Part shown: piece by piece, positions 17,388 to 27,233 of the stretch
Layout of the letters: the number at the start of each line of letters is the position of its first letter
How positions within the stretch are numbered: position 1 is the stretch's first letter
DNA from: Candidatus Saccharimonadota bacterium
Lineage (GTDB): Bacteria; Patescibacteriota; Saccharimonadia; Saccharimonadales; VXPC01
Assembly: GCA_026707815.1 (NCBI GenBank)
Contig: JAPOWB010000008.1
Location: 1-60,229 of the forward strand
DNA length: 60,229 nucleotides
Reading direction: 5' to 3'
Translations under genes and position numbers: made by a program
The notes under the pieces: model-generated
The model's database searches: none
What the model saw: only the letters and a program-made list of their open reading frames with translations
What the model was told of the DNA's origin: nothing

Positions 17388-18098
17388 CTACCCTCCAAAT
17401 CGGCGGTGACGTTGCGAATATTCTGCTAGAGCTTGTTTTAAATCCTCAGATGTAAAATCAGGCCAGTACTTATTGATAAAAAGTAATTCAGAATAACTAG
17501 CTCGCCAAAGCTGGAAGCCACTTAATCGTTGTTCCCCGCTAGTTCTAATAATTAAGTCCAAATCTGGCACATCGGGATGATATAAACTTTGACGAATTGT
17601 CTCTAAATTAATCTGCTCAGGAGATATTTTTTGCTGAATAATTTTTTTAACCATATCAACTAATTCCGTGTGTCCACCGTAGTTAAAACATAAAACTAAA
17701 GTTGGTCCAGTATTATTTTTAGAGGATTCCTCCAAAGATCTGGCGGCTTTCTGAATCTTTTCTGATATAGGTTCGCCAAGTTGACCAGCAATTTTGAATC
17801 TAATGCCTTCTTTTAATAATCGTTGGCTGTCAGTCTTAAAATATTTTAAAAATAATCTCATTAAATGGTTAACTTCCAATCTACTTCTTCGCCAATTATC
17901 AGTTGAAAAAATAAAGAGACTGATAAACTGAATTCCTAAATCAAAACCCGTTCTAACGATTGATTCTAAAGTCTCTAGACCCTTAGTATGACCTTGAAAA
18001 TCTGGTAAACCACGCTGTCTTGCCCAACGACGATTGCCATCGACAATAAAACCAAGATGATTTAAGGGTGGGGTTTCTAGAGACTTAGATTCAGACAT
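17388..18098 (-). CDS. uppS: Undecaprenyl-diphosphate synthase (cis-prenyltransferase)
   Basis: Motifs GFIVDGNRRWA, FSTDNWRR, RTSGEQRLSGF and a C-terminal RRFG. Confidence 0.93.
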   Translation of the reverse strand: MSESKSLETPPLNHLGFIVDGNRRWARQRGLPDFQGHTKGLETLESIVRTGFDLGIQFISLFIFSTDNWRRSRLEVNHLMRLFLKYFKTDSQRLLKEGIRFKIAGQLGEPISEKIQKAARSLEESSKNNTGPTLVLCFNYGGHTELVDMVKKIIQQKISPEQINLETIRQSLYHPDVPDLDLIIRTSGEQRLSGFQLWRASYSELLFINKYWPDFTSEDLKQALAEYSQRHRRFGG

Positions 18099-18110
18099 AG
18101 CCTTGGCACT

Positions 18111-18665
18111 TTAAGAAATATTTGAAATCTCCTCAATTTTAGCTTGAGCGACTGTTTCAAGATTATTCTTTATTTGAGCTGTCAGCTCGTTAACTTGCTT
18201 GCTGAGTCGACCAATCTGATCATCAGACAAGTCGGCTTGATTCATTTGTTTCAAAACATGATGACGATGTTGGCGTAATTTAATTAGAAAATCCTCTTTT
18301 TGGGCTTGAAGATTTTTGATAATTTGTTTTCGCCTCTCCATGGTCACAGCCGGGATGGGAATATAGATAATTCTGCCATCATCAGTCGGATTTAAATCTA
18401 ACTGGTCATAATTAGTAATAGCTTCACAGATGTCATCTATTTGATCAGTATCAAAAGGTGTCACCTGCAAGGTCGAAGCATCCTTGACTAAAATTGTCGC
18501 CATCTGATTTAAAGGCATCTTAGTATCATAGGCCTCAACTATTACACCATCGAGTAAACTGACTTGAGCTCGTCCAACAGATATTCTTTGTAAATATTTA
18601 TCAAAATTAGATTCAAGATCTTTCAAGTGTTTTTGAAAAACTTGTAAGGAAAAATCGTCATTCAT
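18111..18665 (-). CDS. frr: Ribosome recycling factor
   Basis: 184 aa with an RRF-like pattern (SVGRAQVSLLDGV..., IPIPAVTMERRKQ). It sits in the conserved rpsB-tsf-frr-uppS order. Confidence 0.93.
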   Translation of the reverse strand: MNDDFSLQVFQKHLKDLESNFDKYLQRISVGRAQVSLLDGVIVEAYDTKMPLNQMATILVKDASTLQVTPFDTDQIDDICEAITNYDQLDLNPTDDGRIIYIPIPAVTMERRKQIIKNLQAQKEDFLIKLRQHRHHVLKQMNQADLSDDQIGRLSKQVNELTAQIKNNLETVAQAKIEEISNIS

Positions 18666-18703
18666 ATGAAAAGAAGCTATCTTACTGAGTAATTATACAA
18701 TAA

Positions 18704-19348
18704 CTAATGCTCTTGTTGATTTTGAATGGGATAAATCTGAGCTTGAGATTGCCCTAATTCAAATCTAGCAAATCTCTGAATTACAATATTCTCTCCCAAT
18801 GTAGCAATCAGGCTCTGCAATAAATCTTCGACTGTCAGCTGGGGATCTTTATTAAAAACCTGTTTTAATAAGCAGGTTTGAGAAATATCTTTTTCTAGTC
18901 GCCCTTCAATGACTTTCTCCAGTTTATCTTCACTAATCCCCTCTTTTAAAGCTTGTTGCTTTAAAAGATCTTTATCTTTGTCTAAAATCGATTGAGGAAT
19001 ATCGGCTGGTGTAATATATAACGGTTTAGAGGCAGCAATTTGTAAGGCAATATCTTTAGCAAAATTTAAAAAATCTTCGGTTTTAGCTACGAAATCAGTT
19101 TCACAATTAACCTCAACTAAAACTCCAATTCGGTGATTGTGGGTATAACTATAAATAACTCCAACATCAGTCTCTTTATCGGTTCGAGATTGAGCTTTAG
19201 CCAATCCCTTCAATCGCATATCTTCTAAAGCCTTATCAAAATTGCCATGTTCTTCCAAAGCTTGCTTAGCGGCTGACAAGCCTACACCTGTTAGATCATG
19301 AATCTTTTTAATTTCCATGACACGTTTTGTCATCTCTTCTGGTGTCAT
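18704..19348 (-). CDS. tsf: Elongation factor Ts (short form)
   Basis: Has an N-terminal UBA-like segment (GVGLSAAKQALEE) and the VEVNCETDFVAKTE motif. A GGAGG Shine-Dalgarno is present and the gene sits 2 nt after rpsB. Confidence 0.9.
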   Translation of the reverse strand: MTPEEMTKRVMEIKKIHDLTGVGLSAAKQALEEHGNFDKALEDMRLKGLAKAQSRTDKETDVGVIYSYTHNHRIGVLVEVNCETDFVAKTEDFLNFAKDIALQIAASKPLYITPADIPQSILDKDKDLLKQQALKEGISEDKLEKVIEGRLEKDISQTCLLKQVFNKDPQLTVEDLLQSLIATLGENIVIQRFARFELGQSQAQIYPIQNQQEH

Positions 19349-19350
19349 TT

Positions 19351-20106
19351 TTAAACCTCCTTAGATTGATTGACAACTTCTTGTTCATCAGCTTCCGATT
19401 CAACTGATTTAGATAGTTGATTTTGACCGGTTTTAATAGCTTCAGAAATTAAATTAATTATTAATTCTAGAGACCTAAGAGCATCATCGTTAGCGGGAAT
19501 AGGATAAGTTGCTAAAGTTGGATCAACATTAGTATCAGCTAAGGCAACAATCGGGATGTTAAGCTTATTGGCTTCAGTGACGGCGATGGCATTAGTTTGC
19601 ATATCGGTTATAAAGACTAGTCCGGGTAATTTATTCATTTCTTTAATACCCCCATAAAGTCGATTCAAATTATCTATAGTCTTCTGATAATTTTGAACTT
19701 CCAGCTTATTATATTTGCTGACTAATTCTCCAGAAGCCATCTTCTGCTCTAAGTCTTTAAGCTTCTTAATTCGAATATTGATAGTAGCATTGTTGGTTAA
19801 CATGCCTCCAACCCAACGATTAGTGACATAAGGCATAGACAAGGCTGAGGCAGTTTCTTCAATTAAAGATTTGGTCTGACGTTTCGTTCCAACCATTAAA
19901 ACCTTATTACCTTGAGATACTGCAGCAGTAATAATGGGTAAAATCTCCTCCAAAGCTTGCTTAGTTGCAGTCAAATCAATAATGCATCGACCATTATGAA
20001 TGCTATGAATAAAATTAGACATATTGGGATGCCAACGACGCTTAAAATGCCCGAAGTGAACCCCTGCCTCAAACATCTGTTTTAAATCTAAATTAACCTT
20101 TGACAT
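19351..20106 (-). CDS. rpsB: 30S ribosomal protein S2
   Basis: Motifs FEAGVHFGH, RWVGGMLTN and IVALADTNVDP. Confidence 0.95.
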   Translation of the reverse strand: MSKVNLDLKQMFEAGVHFGHFKRRWHPNMSNFIHSIHNGRCIIDLTATKQALEEILPIITAAVSQGNKVLMVGTKRQTKSLIEETASALSMPYVTNRWVGGMLTNNATINIRIKKLKDLEQKMASGELVSKYNKLEVQNYQKTIDNLNRLYGGIKEMNKLPGLVFITDMQTNAIAVTEANKLNIPIVALADTNVDPTLATYPIPANDDALRSLELIINLISEAIKTGQNQLSKSVESEADEQEVVNQSKEV

Positions 20107-20350
20107 ATAAAATAATCCTTAATACCTAAATCTTTCTAGCGAAACACTCTAAGCAGAGAGGATTAGTCTCAAAAAAAGAAAGACAACCGGTAATTTGACT
20201 TTCGAAGCTAAAATTTAGCTTAGACTTCATCAGTCTTCAATGATAAAAATTAAGTCTGCTTAGCAGATTACCATAAAAACTGTTAAATAAAAACTTTAAA
20301 AATAGAAAAAAACCTGTTTATCTGTTAACATGAATAAGGAAATCTTCATT

Positions 20351-20794
20351 ATGAAAACTAATATTCAAACCACCAATTATCGCTTAGTAGTTTTTCAAGA
20401 TTTGAATAATGATGCTAGCTTTTTAGTGAAAAGCACTATCGCTGCTGAAGAAACTATTAAGTGGTCAGATGGTCAGACTTACCCCTTAGTCAAATTGCAC
20501 TTAACCAGTGCTAGTCACCCTTACTATACTGGACAAGAAAAATTGATTGATGTTGAGGGTCGAGTTGATAAATTTAAAAATCGACAGAAACAAGCTCGAG
20601 CTGCCAAAGACCAATTGAAGGCTAAAACCCTTAAAACCATGAAAAAACAAGCTTCGGATAAACCAGCCGCAGAGGCTAATCCTCTGAAAAATCTCAAGCA
20701 ATCTAATCGTAAACTAGCTCCGAAGCATCAAGCTTCGAAAATCAAAGCAGATAAGGTCAAGACTGATAAGACGGAATCAACAGACAAAGCTTAA
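20351..20794 (+). CDS. rpmE: 50S ribosomal protein L31, Cys-less type B, with a Lys/Ala-rich C-terminal extension of about 70 aa
   Basis: MKTNIQTTNYRLVVFQD...HPYYTGQEKLIDVEGRVDKFKNR. The start is set at Met8 of ORF 20330..20794 because an AAGGAA Shine-Dalgarno lies about 10 nt upstream. Confidence 0.85.
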   Translation: MKTNIQTTNYRLVVFQDLNNDASFLVKSTIAAEETIKWSDGQTYPLVKLHLTSASHPYYTGQEKLIDVEGRVDKFKNRQKQARAAKDQLKAKTLKTMKKQASDKPAAEANPLKNLKQSNRKLAPKHQASKIKADKVKTDKTESTDKA

Positions 20795-20820
20795 GTTTGT
20801 AATAAATCTTAAGAATTAGT

Positions 20821-21870
20821 ATGAGGTCTCAGATTAATGAACAAGATTTGCGTCAAGAGTTTGATCGGTTAGAAAAAACTTTAAGCGACTCAAGTATTTA
20901 TCAAAAAGATAATTATCCTCAATTAGCTAAGCGTTTTAAAGAATTGACAGAAATTATTCATCTGTTAGACAAACGCAAAATTCTTAACTACCAGCAGCAA
21001 GATGCCGAAGCTCTGACCAAAAATTCAGATTCAGCTTTGGCTGTTTTAGCTGAGACTGAATTGGAAGAAATCCTTAGTGAAAAACAAAAATTGCAACAGG
21101 CATTAGAACAACTTTTTGTTTCAAATGAAGACCAAAAAATTTCCGGCAATTGCTTATTAGAAATTAGAGCCGGAGTTGGTGGAGCTGAAGCTTGTTTATT
21201 CGCTACCGATTTACAAAGAATGTATTTAAAATTTATAGAAAAGAAATCTTGGAAAATTGAAGTAATTAGCCAAAGTTTGGCTGAATCTGGGGGTTATAAG
21301 GAAATTATTAGTGAGATTACGGGCCAACAAGCTTATAGTCAATTGCAGTTTGAATCGGGAGTTCATCGTGTCCAACGCATTCCAAGTACTGAAAGTCAAG
21401 GTCGAATTCATACTTCAACAGTCAGTATAGCTGTTCTACCGATTGCTAAAGAAACAGATTTGACCCTAGATGCCAATGATTTAAAAATTGACACTTATCG
21501 CAGCAGTGGTCCAGGCGGACAAGGAGTTAATAAAACTGACTCGGCAGTCCGAGTCACTCATCTGCCTACTAAACTGGTAGTTATCTGCCAGGATGGTCGA
21601 AGTCAGCTAAAGAACAAAGAAAAAGCCTTGGAAGTACTCCGAAGTCGTTTATTAGAAAAACAAATTGCTGAAACTGAAGCAAAAACTAGTTCTCAGCGAA
21701 AAAAATTAATTGGTCGAGCTTTCAGAAATGAAAAAATCAGGACTTATAATTTTCCCCAAGATCGATTAACTGATCATCGAATTGCCAAAAATTTCAGCAA
21801 TTTAGCAGATATTTTAAATGGACAATTGCAGCCCTTAATCAATCAATTGATAGACTATGAAACTCAATGA
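20821..21870 (+). CDS. prfA: Peptide chain release factor 1
   Basis: Has the GGQ motif (SSGPGGQGVNKTDSAVRVTH) and an RF1-type PxT tripeptide (PST). Confidence 0.95.
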   Translation: MRSQINEQDLRQEFDRLEKTLSDSSIYQKDNYPQLAKRFKELTEIIHLLDKRKILNYQQQDAEALTKNSDSALAVLAETELEEILSEKQKLQQALEQLFVSNEDQKISGNCLLEIRAGVGGAEACLFATDLQRMYLKFIEKKSWKIEVISQSLAESGGYKEIISEITGQQAYSQLQFESGVHRVQRIPSTESQGRIHTSTVSIAVLPIAKETDLTLDANDLKIDTYRSSGPGGQGVNKTDSAVRVTHLPTKLVVICQDGRSQLKNKEKALEVLRSRLLEKQIAETEAKTSSQRKKLIGRAFRNEKIRTYNFPQDRLTDHRIAKNFSNLADILNGQLQPLINQLIDYETQ

Positions 21871-22663
21871 TTATCAAGCTCTTTTAAAAACTAAAGGTAT
21901 CACCGATTGGCAATCAGAAGCTATTTACTTGTTGGAATTAGCTACTGGCTGGTCTAAAGTTAAAATCTTGACCGATCATTTTCAACTCAATAATCGGCAA
22001 ATTAAAATATTGCAAGACTTAGCTAACCAACGACAAAATCTACCTTTGGCTTACATAAAATCAAGTAAAGAATTCTTCTGTTTAGATTTTTATGTCAATC
22101 AACAAGTTCTAATCCCCCGCCCTGAATCAGAAAATTTGGTTGAACTGGCTCTAAAGTTGAAGATTGATTTTAAGCAAGCTTACGATATTGGTTGTGGTTG
22201 TGGTTGTCTAGGCATCAGTTATGCTAAGCACCGAAATTGTCAATTAATCCTTGTAGATAAATGCCCTAAGGCTTTAAAGGTTGCCCAGATCAATTGTCAA
22301 AAACATAATATTGATAATGTGCAGCTTCAAAGTTGCGATTTAATAGCAGATGCACCAAAATTGCAAATTGCTCCGCAGAGCTTAATTTTAGCCAATCTAC
22401 CCTATTTAGATGTCAATAAACGTCAGACTTATGAATCTGCTTGCCCTGAATTAAAGACTGAGCCTTCATTAGCCTTATACACCCAAGAGCAAGGTCTTAA
22501 ATTATATAAACATCTATTTCAGTCAATTAAAAACCAACCTCTTCATGTTATATGCGAAACTTTAATTGAACAGCAACCCCAATTAGAAGTTATAGCTAAA
22601 CAGGCTGGTTTTAAACTTATTGATCGCCTAGAATTAGCCACCAGCTTTGCTTTAATCAAATAG
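21857..22663 (+). CDS. prmC: Release-factor glutamine N5-methyltransferase
   Basis: Overlaps prfA by 14 nt. It has a SAM-binding loop (DIGCGCGCLG) and an NPPY-like catalytic motif (NLPY). Confidence 0.88.
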   Translation: MKLNDYQALLKTKGITDWQSEAIYLLELATGWSKVKILTDHFQLNNRQIKILQDLANQRQNLPLAYIKSSKEFFCLDFYVNQQVLIPRPESENLVELALKLKIDFKQAYDIGCGCGCLGISYAKHRNCQLILVDKCPKALKVAQINCQKHNIDNVQLQSCDLIADAPKLQIAPQSLILANLPYLDVNKRQTYESACPELKTEPSLALYTQEQGLKLYKHLFQSIKNQPLHVICETLIEQQPQLEVIAKQAGFKLIDRLELATSFALIK

Positions 22664-23516
22664 CTACCGTATGGAAGCTAGACAATAACAAGGCTACCAG
22701 AATGATGATTGATCCGGAGATGATAATCTGTTTGGTTAAAAATGAATTAAGAAGCTTTGAATGAGACAAATGTATCAATAAACCCAGCATGATTAATAAG
22801 ACTGTCTGGATTAGAACAAGGCGTGGTATTATCCAAAAATGTAATTGCCAGTGCAATAAAACCCAAGTCAGTTGAATACTGGAAATTGCCCAAATGTAAA
22901 CTAAACTCTCACTCTGATTGCGATCTAAAAAATTTCCCAGAAGATGACGAATTGAAAAAATAGCAATTAACCAAGTAGCTAGAAGAGCTATTGGTAAACC
23001 TAAGGAATCGATGTTATAGACAATTACGGATAATCCCAAACCTTGAGCTAAAAGACTCTGAATTGATCTACCCCAATGTCTTTTCAGAGTTTTGAGATAT
23101 AAAATCCAAGCTAGATAAAAACCCAACCAAAGCAGTTGTTGAGCTAAGTTTAAGTTTGCCCAGCTCATGAAATGGACGATAGATAGACTAATGATTAAAT
23201 CAACGCTATTTAATCTAAAATTATGCCACCAAAAATTTGGATGAACTAAAAAGATACGCCATTTAGATAATAAGATTATAATGTAAGCTAGAATCGGGAA
23301 CTTTAAAACTACAGCAAAGATAAATATGAAAATGGGTAGTAAACTTTTTAGGCTAGAATATAAAATAGAGAAAAGCCGATCTTTGAAGATATGCTGATTG
23401 CTAGCTAATAGAGGCATTGTCTTAATTATAACAAAGCTATGGAAATAAAAATGAATCATCAAACAAGCTCCAATAATGATTAATCTGTTGCGAAAGTGGT
23501 TTAGATTTGTTGGCAA
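22656..23516 (-). CDS. Polytopic membrane protein of unknown function
   Basis: Has roughly 8 hydrophobic helices. The annotated start overlaps the divergent lepB start, so the real start is more likely Met34 (near 23417). Confidence 0.6.
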   Translation of the reverse strand: MPTNLNHFRNRLIIIGACLMIHFYFHSFVIIKTMPLLASNQHIFKDRLFSILYSSLKSLLPIFIFIFAVVLKFPILAYIIILLSKWRIFLVHPNFWWHNFRLNSVDLIISLSIVHFMSWANLNLAQQLLWLGFYLAWILYLKTLKRHWGRSIQSLLAQGLGLSVIVYNIDSLGLPIALLATWLIAIFSIRHLLGNFLDRNQSESLVYIWAISSIQLTWVLLHWQLHFWIIPRLVLIQTVLLIMLGLLIHLSHSKLLNSFLTKQIIISGSIIILVALLLSSFHTVAI

Positions 23517-24081
23517 ACTAAACCGGAATCAACCCCCTCTTGGACTGATTGTTCATGTCTTAGCTTCCCTGATTGTTATTCTGAGTATATTCTTGGTCGT
23601 TTCAATTGTTTTTATTGATGTCGCTCAAGTCAAGGGTATAAGCATGGAGCCAACCTTGAAGGCTGATAACAGACTCATCATTTTTAAATCCGAAGGTTTT
23701 TTCTATCGGTTAATTAATGGTGAATACAAGCCCCAACGAGGTGATATTGTCATTTTTGAAAAAGAAAGATCTGAACATCTAATCATAAAGCGTATCATCG
23801 GTCTACCCAATGAAAGATTGGTACTTGAAAATCAGAGATTAACCATTTACAATGCTGATTTCCCTCAAGGATTTCTGTTGGATAATCAGAAAAACTTAAC
23901 GTCAGATTTCGACATTGATGAAAAATTTGATATTCAAGTTAAGCGGGGTGAAGTATTTGTGATTGGCGATAATCGATCCTTTTCTACAGATTCTAGAATC
24001 TTTGGTAATATTTTAATTGAGAATATTATTGGACGAGTCATTATACGTATCTGGCCAGTCGATCAAATGAAAACTTTTTAA
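23476..24081 (+). CDS. lepB: Signal peptidase I, copy 1
   Basis: Catalytic Ser box GISMEPTL, Lys box IKRIIGLPNE, and GDNRSFSTDSR. Confidence 0.9.
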   Translation: MINLLRKWFRFVGKLNRNQPPLGLIVHVLASLIVILSIFLVVSIVFIDVAQVKGISMEPTLKADNRLIIFKSEGFFYRLINGEYKPQRGDIVIFEKERSEHLIIKRIIGLPNERLVLENQRLTIYNADFPQGFLLDNQKNLTSDFDIDEKFDIQVKRGEVFVIGDNRSFSTDSRIFGNILIENIIGRVIIRIWPVDQMKTF

Positions 24082-24099
24082 AAATTAGAGAAAAATCAA

Positions 24100-24723
24100 A
24101 TGATAAAACCAACTTTACGAAAACTTTCATCTTGGAAACGTCAAATCTCGCAACGTAATGAGTTTCTTGGAGCTTTAATCCATATCATTATCATCATGAT
24201 AGTTGCTTTAGTGGCAATTACTGGTTTTACATACTTTATTCTTCAACCCTATCAGGTTGAGGGGGGGAGTATGAATCCGACACTCCAAAGCGGTGATCGG
24301 ATTTTGGTCTTAAGATTGGGGCGAATCACCTCTGATATTTTGGGTAGTGATCACATACCCAAACGAGGTGAAATGATTGTTTTCAGCAGTCATCTGGATG
24401 ACCGTAAACTCATCAAAAGAGTGATTGGTCTGCCGGGAGAAGAAGTAGAAATTCGCAATAAGAAAATTATTATTTATAACGACGATTTTCCTCAAGGTTT
24501 TGAGCCTCAATTTAATTTAGATCCACCCCTATTAGAATTATCCTCCATGGAACCATATTTAAAGCGGTCAATTGGACAAGGAGAATTGTTCGTAGTTGGC
24601 GATAATCGTCTGCCTAAACAATCTAATGATTCTAGAGGAGAGATAGGCAATATCCCTCTGAACCAAATAGACGGAACGGTAGTCTGGAGACTTTGGCCAC
24701 TAACTGAAATGGGATTATTCTGA
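24100..24723 (+). CDS. lepB: Signal peptidase I, copy 2
   Basis: GGSMNPTL, IKRVIGLPGE and GDNRLPKQSNDSR. It lies in tandem with copy 1. Confidence 0.9.
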   Translation: MIKPTLRKLSSWKRQISQRNEFLGALIHIIIIMIVALVAITGFTYFILQPYQVEGGSMNPTLQSGDRILVLRLGRITSDILGSDHIPKRGEMIVFSSHLDDRKLIKRVIGLPGEEVEIRNKKIIIYNDDFPQGFEPQFNLDPPLLELSSMEPYLKRSIGQGELFVVGDNRLPKQSNDSRGEIGNIPLNQIDGTVVWRLWPLTEMGLF

Positions 24724-24826
24724 TTATCGTCAGTACTTATATGTATCAAATTATATGCTCCAAATTTTACAATATCTTAAACTTGCCAGCAGTGATAATC
24801 TGAAACTATTAGTTTAGAGACAAACA

Positions 24827-26536
24827 ATGCCTAATAACAACTCCTATAAAATGTGGGAAGATGCACACGTAAACCTGTCAAGCCTCTCTAGGGGGGGGGT
24901 AAATAACAGTGTGAAGTCATACAATCAAGGCTTCAATTTTAAAATATGTCTAGCAATATTCAGTATACTTTTGCTTCTAGTCTTAAGCTTGATATATATC
25001 ACTCCCGTTGTTAGTGCTAATGACAATCTGAATCGACACGATAGCTATGATAGTGACAATCAACGGATCAAATCTGAATATCGTGATAGCGATAATAAAC
25101 TCATCAAAGTTGAACACTTTGATGAGGGTAAATTAATTAGGCGAGAACACTATAACAGCGGGGGGCTGTTAATAATTAAAACGGAACATTATAAAGAAGA
25201 TAAACTAAACAAAGTTGAACACTTTAATGGGGGTAAATTGATTAGTCGAGAGCATTATAATGGCGAAGGTCTATCAATTATTAAAACGGAACACTATGCT
25301 AACAGTCAATTAACCAATGTAAAGCACTACTATGCTGATGGTAATGTGTCTCAGCAAGAACATTATGATACCACCACTGGCAGATTAACTAGACGGGATA
25401 TCTGGGACACCAATAGAACATTGACTTATTATAAATTTTATTATGATGACAATAATAAAATAACAAAAAGAGAATTCTATGTTGATAATAAATTAGCTCA
25501 AACAGAATATTATACGAATGATAAACTGACTAGACGAGAACATTATAAGAATGGCAAAGTCACTAAAAAAGAATATTATACTGCTGACAAATTAACCAAA
25601 GTGGAACATTATCATCCCGATAAGACTGTTATATCTCGCCGAGAACACTACGACAATAATGAAAAATTGACTAAAACAGAATACTACAATGAAGAAGGTC
25701 AACTAATCAGTCAACAAGAACATAATGCTAACACTTCCCTAGTCAGCCGAGATTATCGTCACGAGAACAAACTTATCAGAAGAGACTACTATGATACTAC
25801 CAATCATCTACTGATTAAAATAGAGCACTACGATACTGACGGCAATATCACCATCTCCTACCACTGGGATTATGATGCTAATAAAAAATTAACTAAAAAG
25901 AAAACTTATTATCATGGCAAACTGTTCCGACTAGAACACTATGATAACGGCAAACTTACCAAAAAAGAATATTACCATAGCAATGGCAATCGATCTAAGA
26001 CGGATTATTATGACACCAATGGCAAATTAGCTAAAAAGGATACTTATTATTTTAGTGGCAAAATGGCTAAAACAGAACACTACAATGCCGACGGTGAATT
26101 AACTCGGAAAGATATCTATACTGGAGATGGTAAGCTGTATCAAACAAAATATTACGATGCCCAGAGTGGCAAATTGATTAAAAGAGACAGCTATTATGAT
26201 AGTGGCAATCTGTCTAAAACAGATTATTATACTAATGACAGATTAACTCGACAAGAACGATATCATGACACCAACAATAATAATCTGATTAGACAAGAGA
26301 ATTATGATACTAATGGGAATGTAGTTAATAATACTCCCACCACCCCATCGTCTTCACTGAGTAGCAGGCAAACACATCATTATGATTCTAATAACAGATT
26401 AATTCAAACAAAATATTATGATATTAATAATAAGCCGTTTAAAAATGAATATTATAATTCCAGTGGTAATGTTATCAAAATAGAATACTACGATACCACT
26501 GGCAATATTTATGCCCCTCTGACAATCACATATTAG
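24827..26536 (+). CDS. Membrane-anchored 569-aa repeat protein, divergent member of the same family (EHY/KL units)
   Basis: A TM helix (ICLAIFSILLLLVLSLIYITPVV) follows about 40 cytoplasmic residues. More than 40 units of 11-12 aa then follow (K.EHY..dKL.k, YYDtnGkL). Confidence 0.8.
   Translation: MPNNNSYKMWEDAHVNLSSLSRGGVNNSVKSYNQGFNFKICLAIFSILLLLVLSLIYITPVVSANDNLNRHDSYDSDNQRIKSEYRDSDNKLIKVEHFDEGKLIRREHYNSGGLLIIKTEHYKEDKLNKVEHFNGGKLISREHYNGEGLSIIKTEHYANSQLTNVKHYYADGNVSQQEHYDTTTGRLTRRDIWDTNRTLTYYKFYYDDNNKITKREFYVDNKLAQTEYYTNDKLTRREHYKNGKVTKKEYYTADKLTKVEHYHPDKTVISRREHYDNNEKLTKTEYYNEEGQLISQQEHNANTSLVSRDYRHENKLIRRDYYDTTNHLLIKIEHYDTDGNITISYHWDYDANKKLTKKKTYYHGKLFRLEHYDNGKLTKKEYYHSNGNRSKTDYYDTNGKLAKKDTYYFSGKMAKTEHYNADGELTRKDIYTGDGKLYQTKYYDAQSGKLIKRDSYYDSGNLSKTDYYTNDRLTRQERYHDTNNNNLIRQENYDTNGNVVNNTPTTPSSSLSSRQTHHYDSNNRLIQTKYYDINNKPFKNEYYNSSGNVIKIEYYDTTGNIYAPLTITY
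24891..24899 (+). repeat. G9 homopolymer in the 5' end of the 569-aa repeat-protein gene
   Basis: Reads tctctaGGGGGGGGGtaaat, encoding SRGGV. It lies upstream of the TM segment. Confidence 0.95.
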
Positions 26537-26861
26537 TCTTTGGAAAACAAGATTGTCCGAATATCAAAACCTCCGAATGAATTTAAATAGTATAATATAG
26601 TATACTAATTTAGCATAAAAACAGTATAGTAAAGTATACTAATCTGAACAAAGGCAAAAATGATGAAAAGAATTGCTAAATTATATCCAAACTCAGTTAA
26701 CTGAAAATGAAGAACGCTTGTTGGTAAAACTAGATAACCAATCTACTGCTGGTAATCCCCTCTCTCCTCGAGAGTTATATAAGATACTACAAGATAGCGT
26801 CAATAATTTTCTCAATAACCTGCAGCCCTTTGAAAGGTGGAATAAATATATTACCCTCTCT

Positions 26862-27170
26862 TCAAGTAATTTCAACGATTTTAACTAAAGTTTTCTGTTG
26901 TCGATGACCTCGACGTTTATGCAGTCGTTTCTTAGCTTTATATCTAATGGATATAATTTTATCTTCTTTAAAACTTGCTTCTAAAATTTCAGCTTTAACA
27001 ATTGAATCTTTTATTAAAGGTTTGCCAACTTTAGTTTTTTTATCATCAATTACTAATAAGGGCTGCCAAGTAACAGTCTTATCATCAGTGTTTAGCAGCT
27101 CAACTGCCAAAACTTGACCAACAGTAACAACATATTGTTTAGCGCCAGTACGAATGATCGCTTTCTTCAT
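26862..27170 (-). CDS. rplU: 50S ribosomal protein L21
   Basis: MKKAIIRTGAKQYVVTVGQVLAVE... with a basic C-terminus (KRRGHRQQ). No rpmA follows it. Confidence 0.93.
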   Translation of the reverse strand: MKKAIIRTGAKQYVVTVGQVLAVELLNTDDKTVTWQPLLVIDDKKTKVGKPLIKDSIVKAEILEASFKEDKIISIRYKAKKRLHKRRGHRQQKTLVKIVEIT

Positions 27171-27233
27171 TTACCCTATATATGATACACTACTTTATCT
27201 GAAAAACTAAGTCATTGATGAATGGACAATAAT

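Noticed and set aside
26673-26888. A 71-aa plus-strand ORF (TTG start) and its 60-aa antisense partner between the repeat-protein gene and rplU.
   Set aside because: It has no Shine-Dalgarno, a non-ATG start, an overlap with the rplU 3' end, and no motif. It cannot be supported as a gene. Two nearby agtatactaat direct repeats (about 26597-26642) were noted, but their function is unknown.
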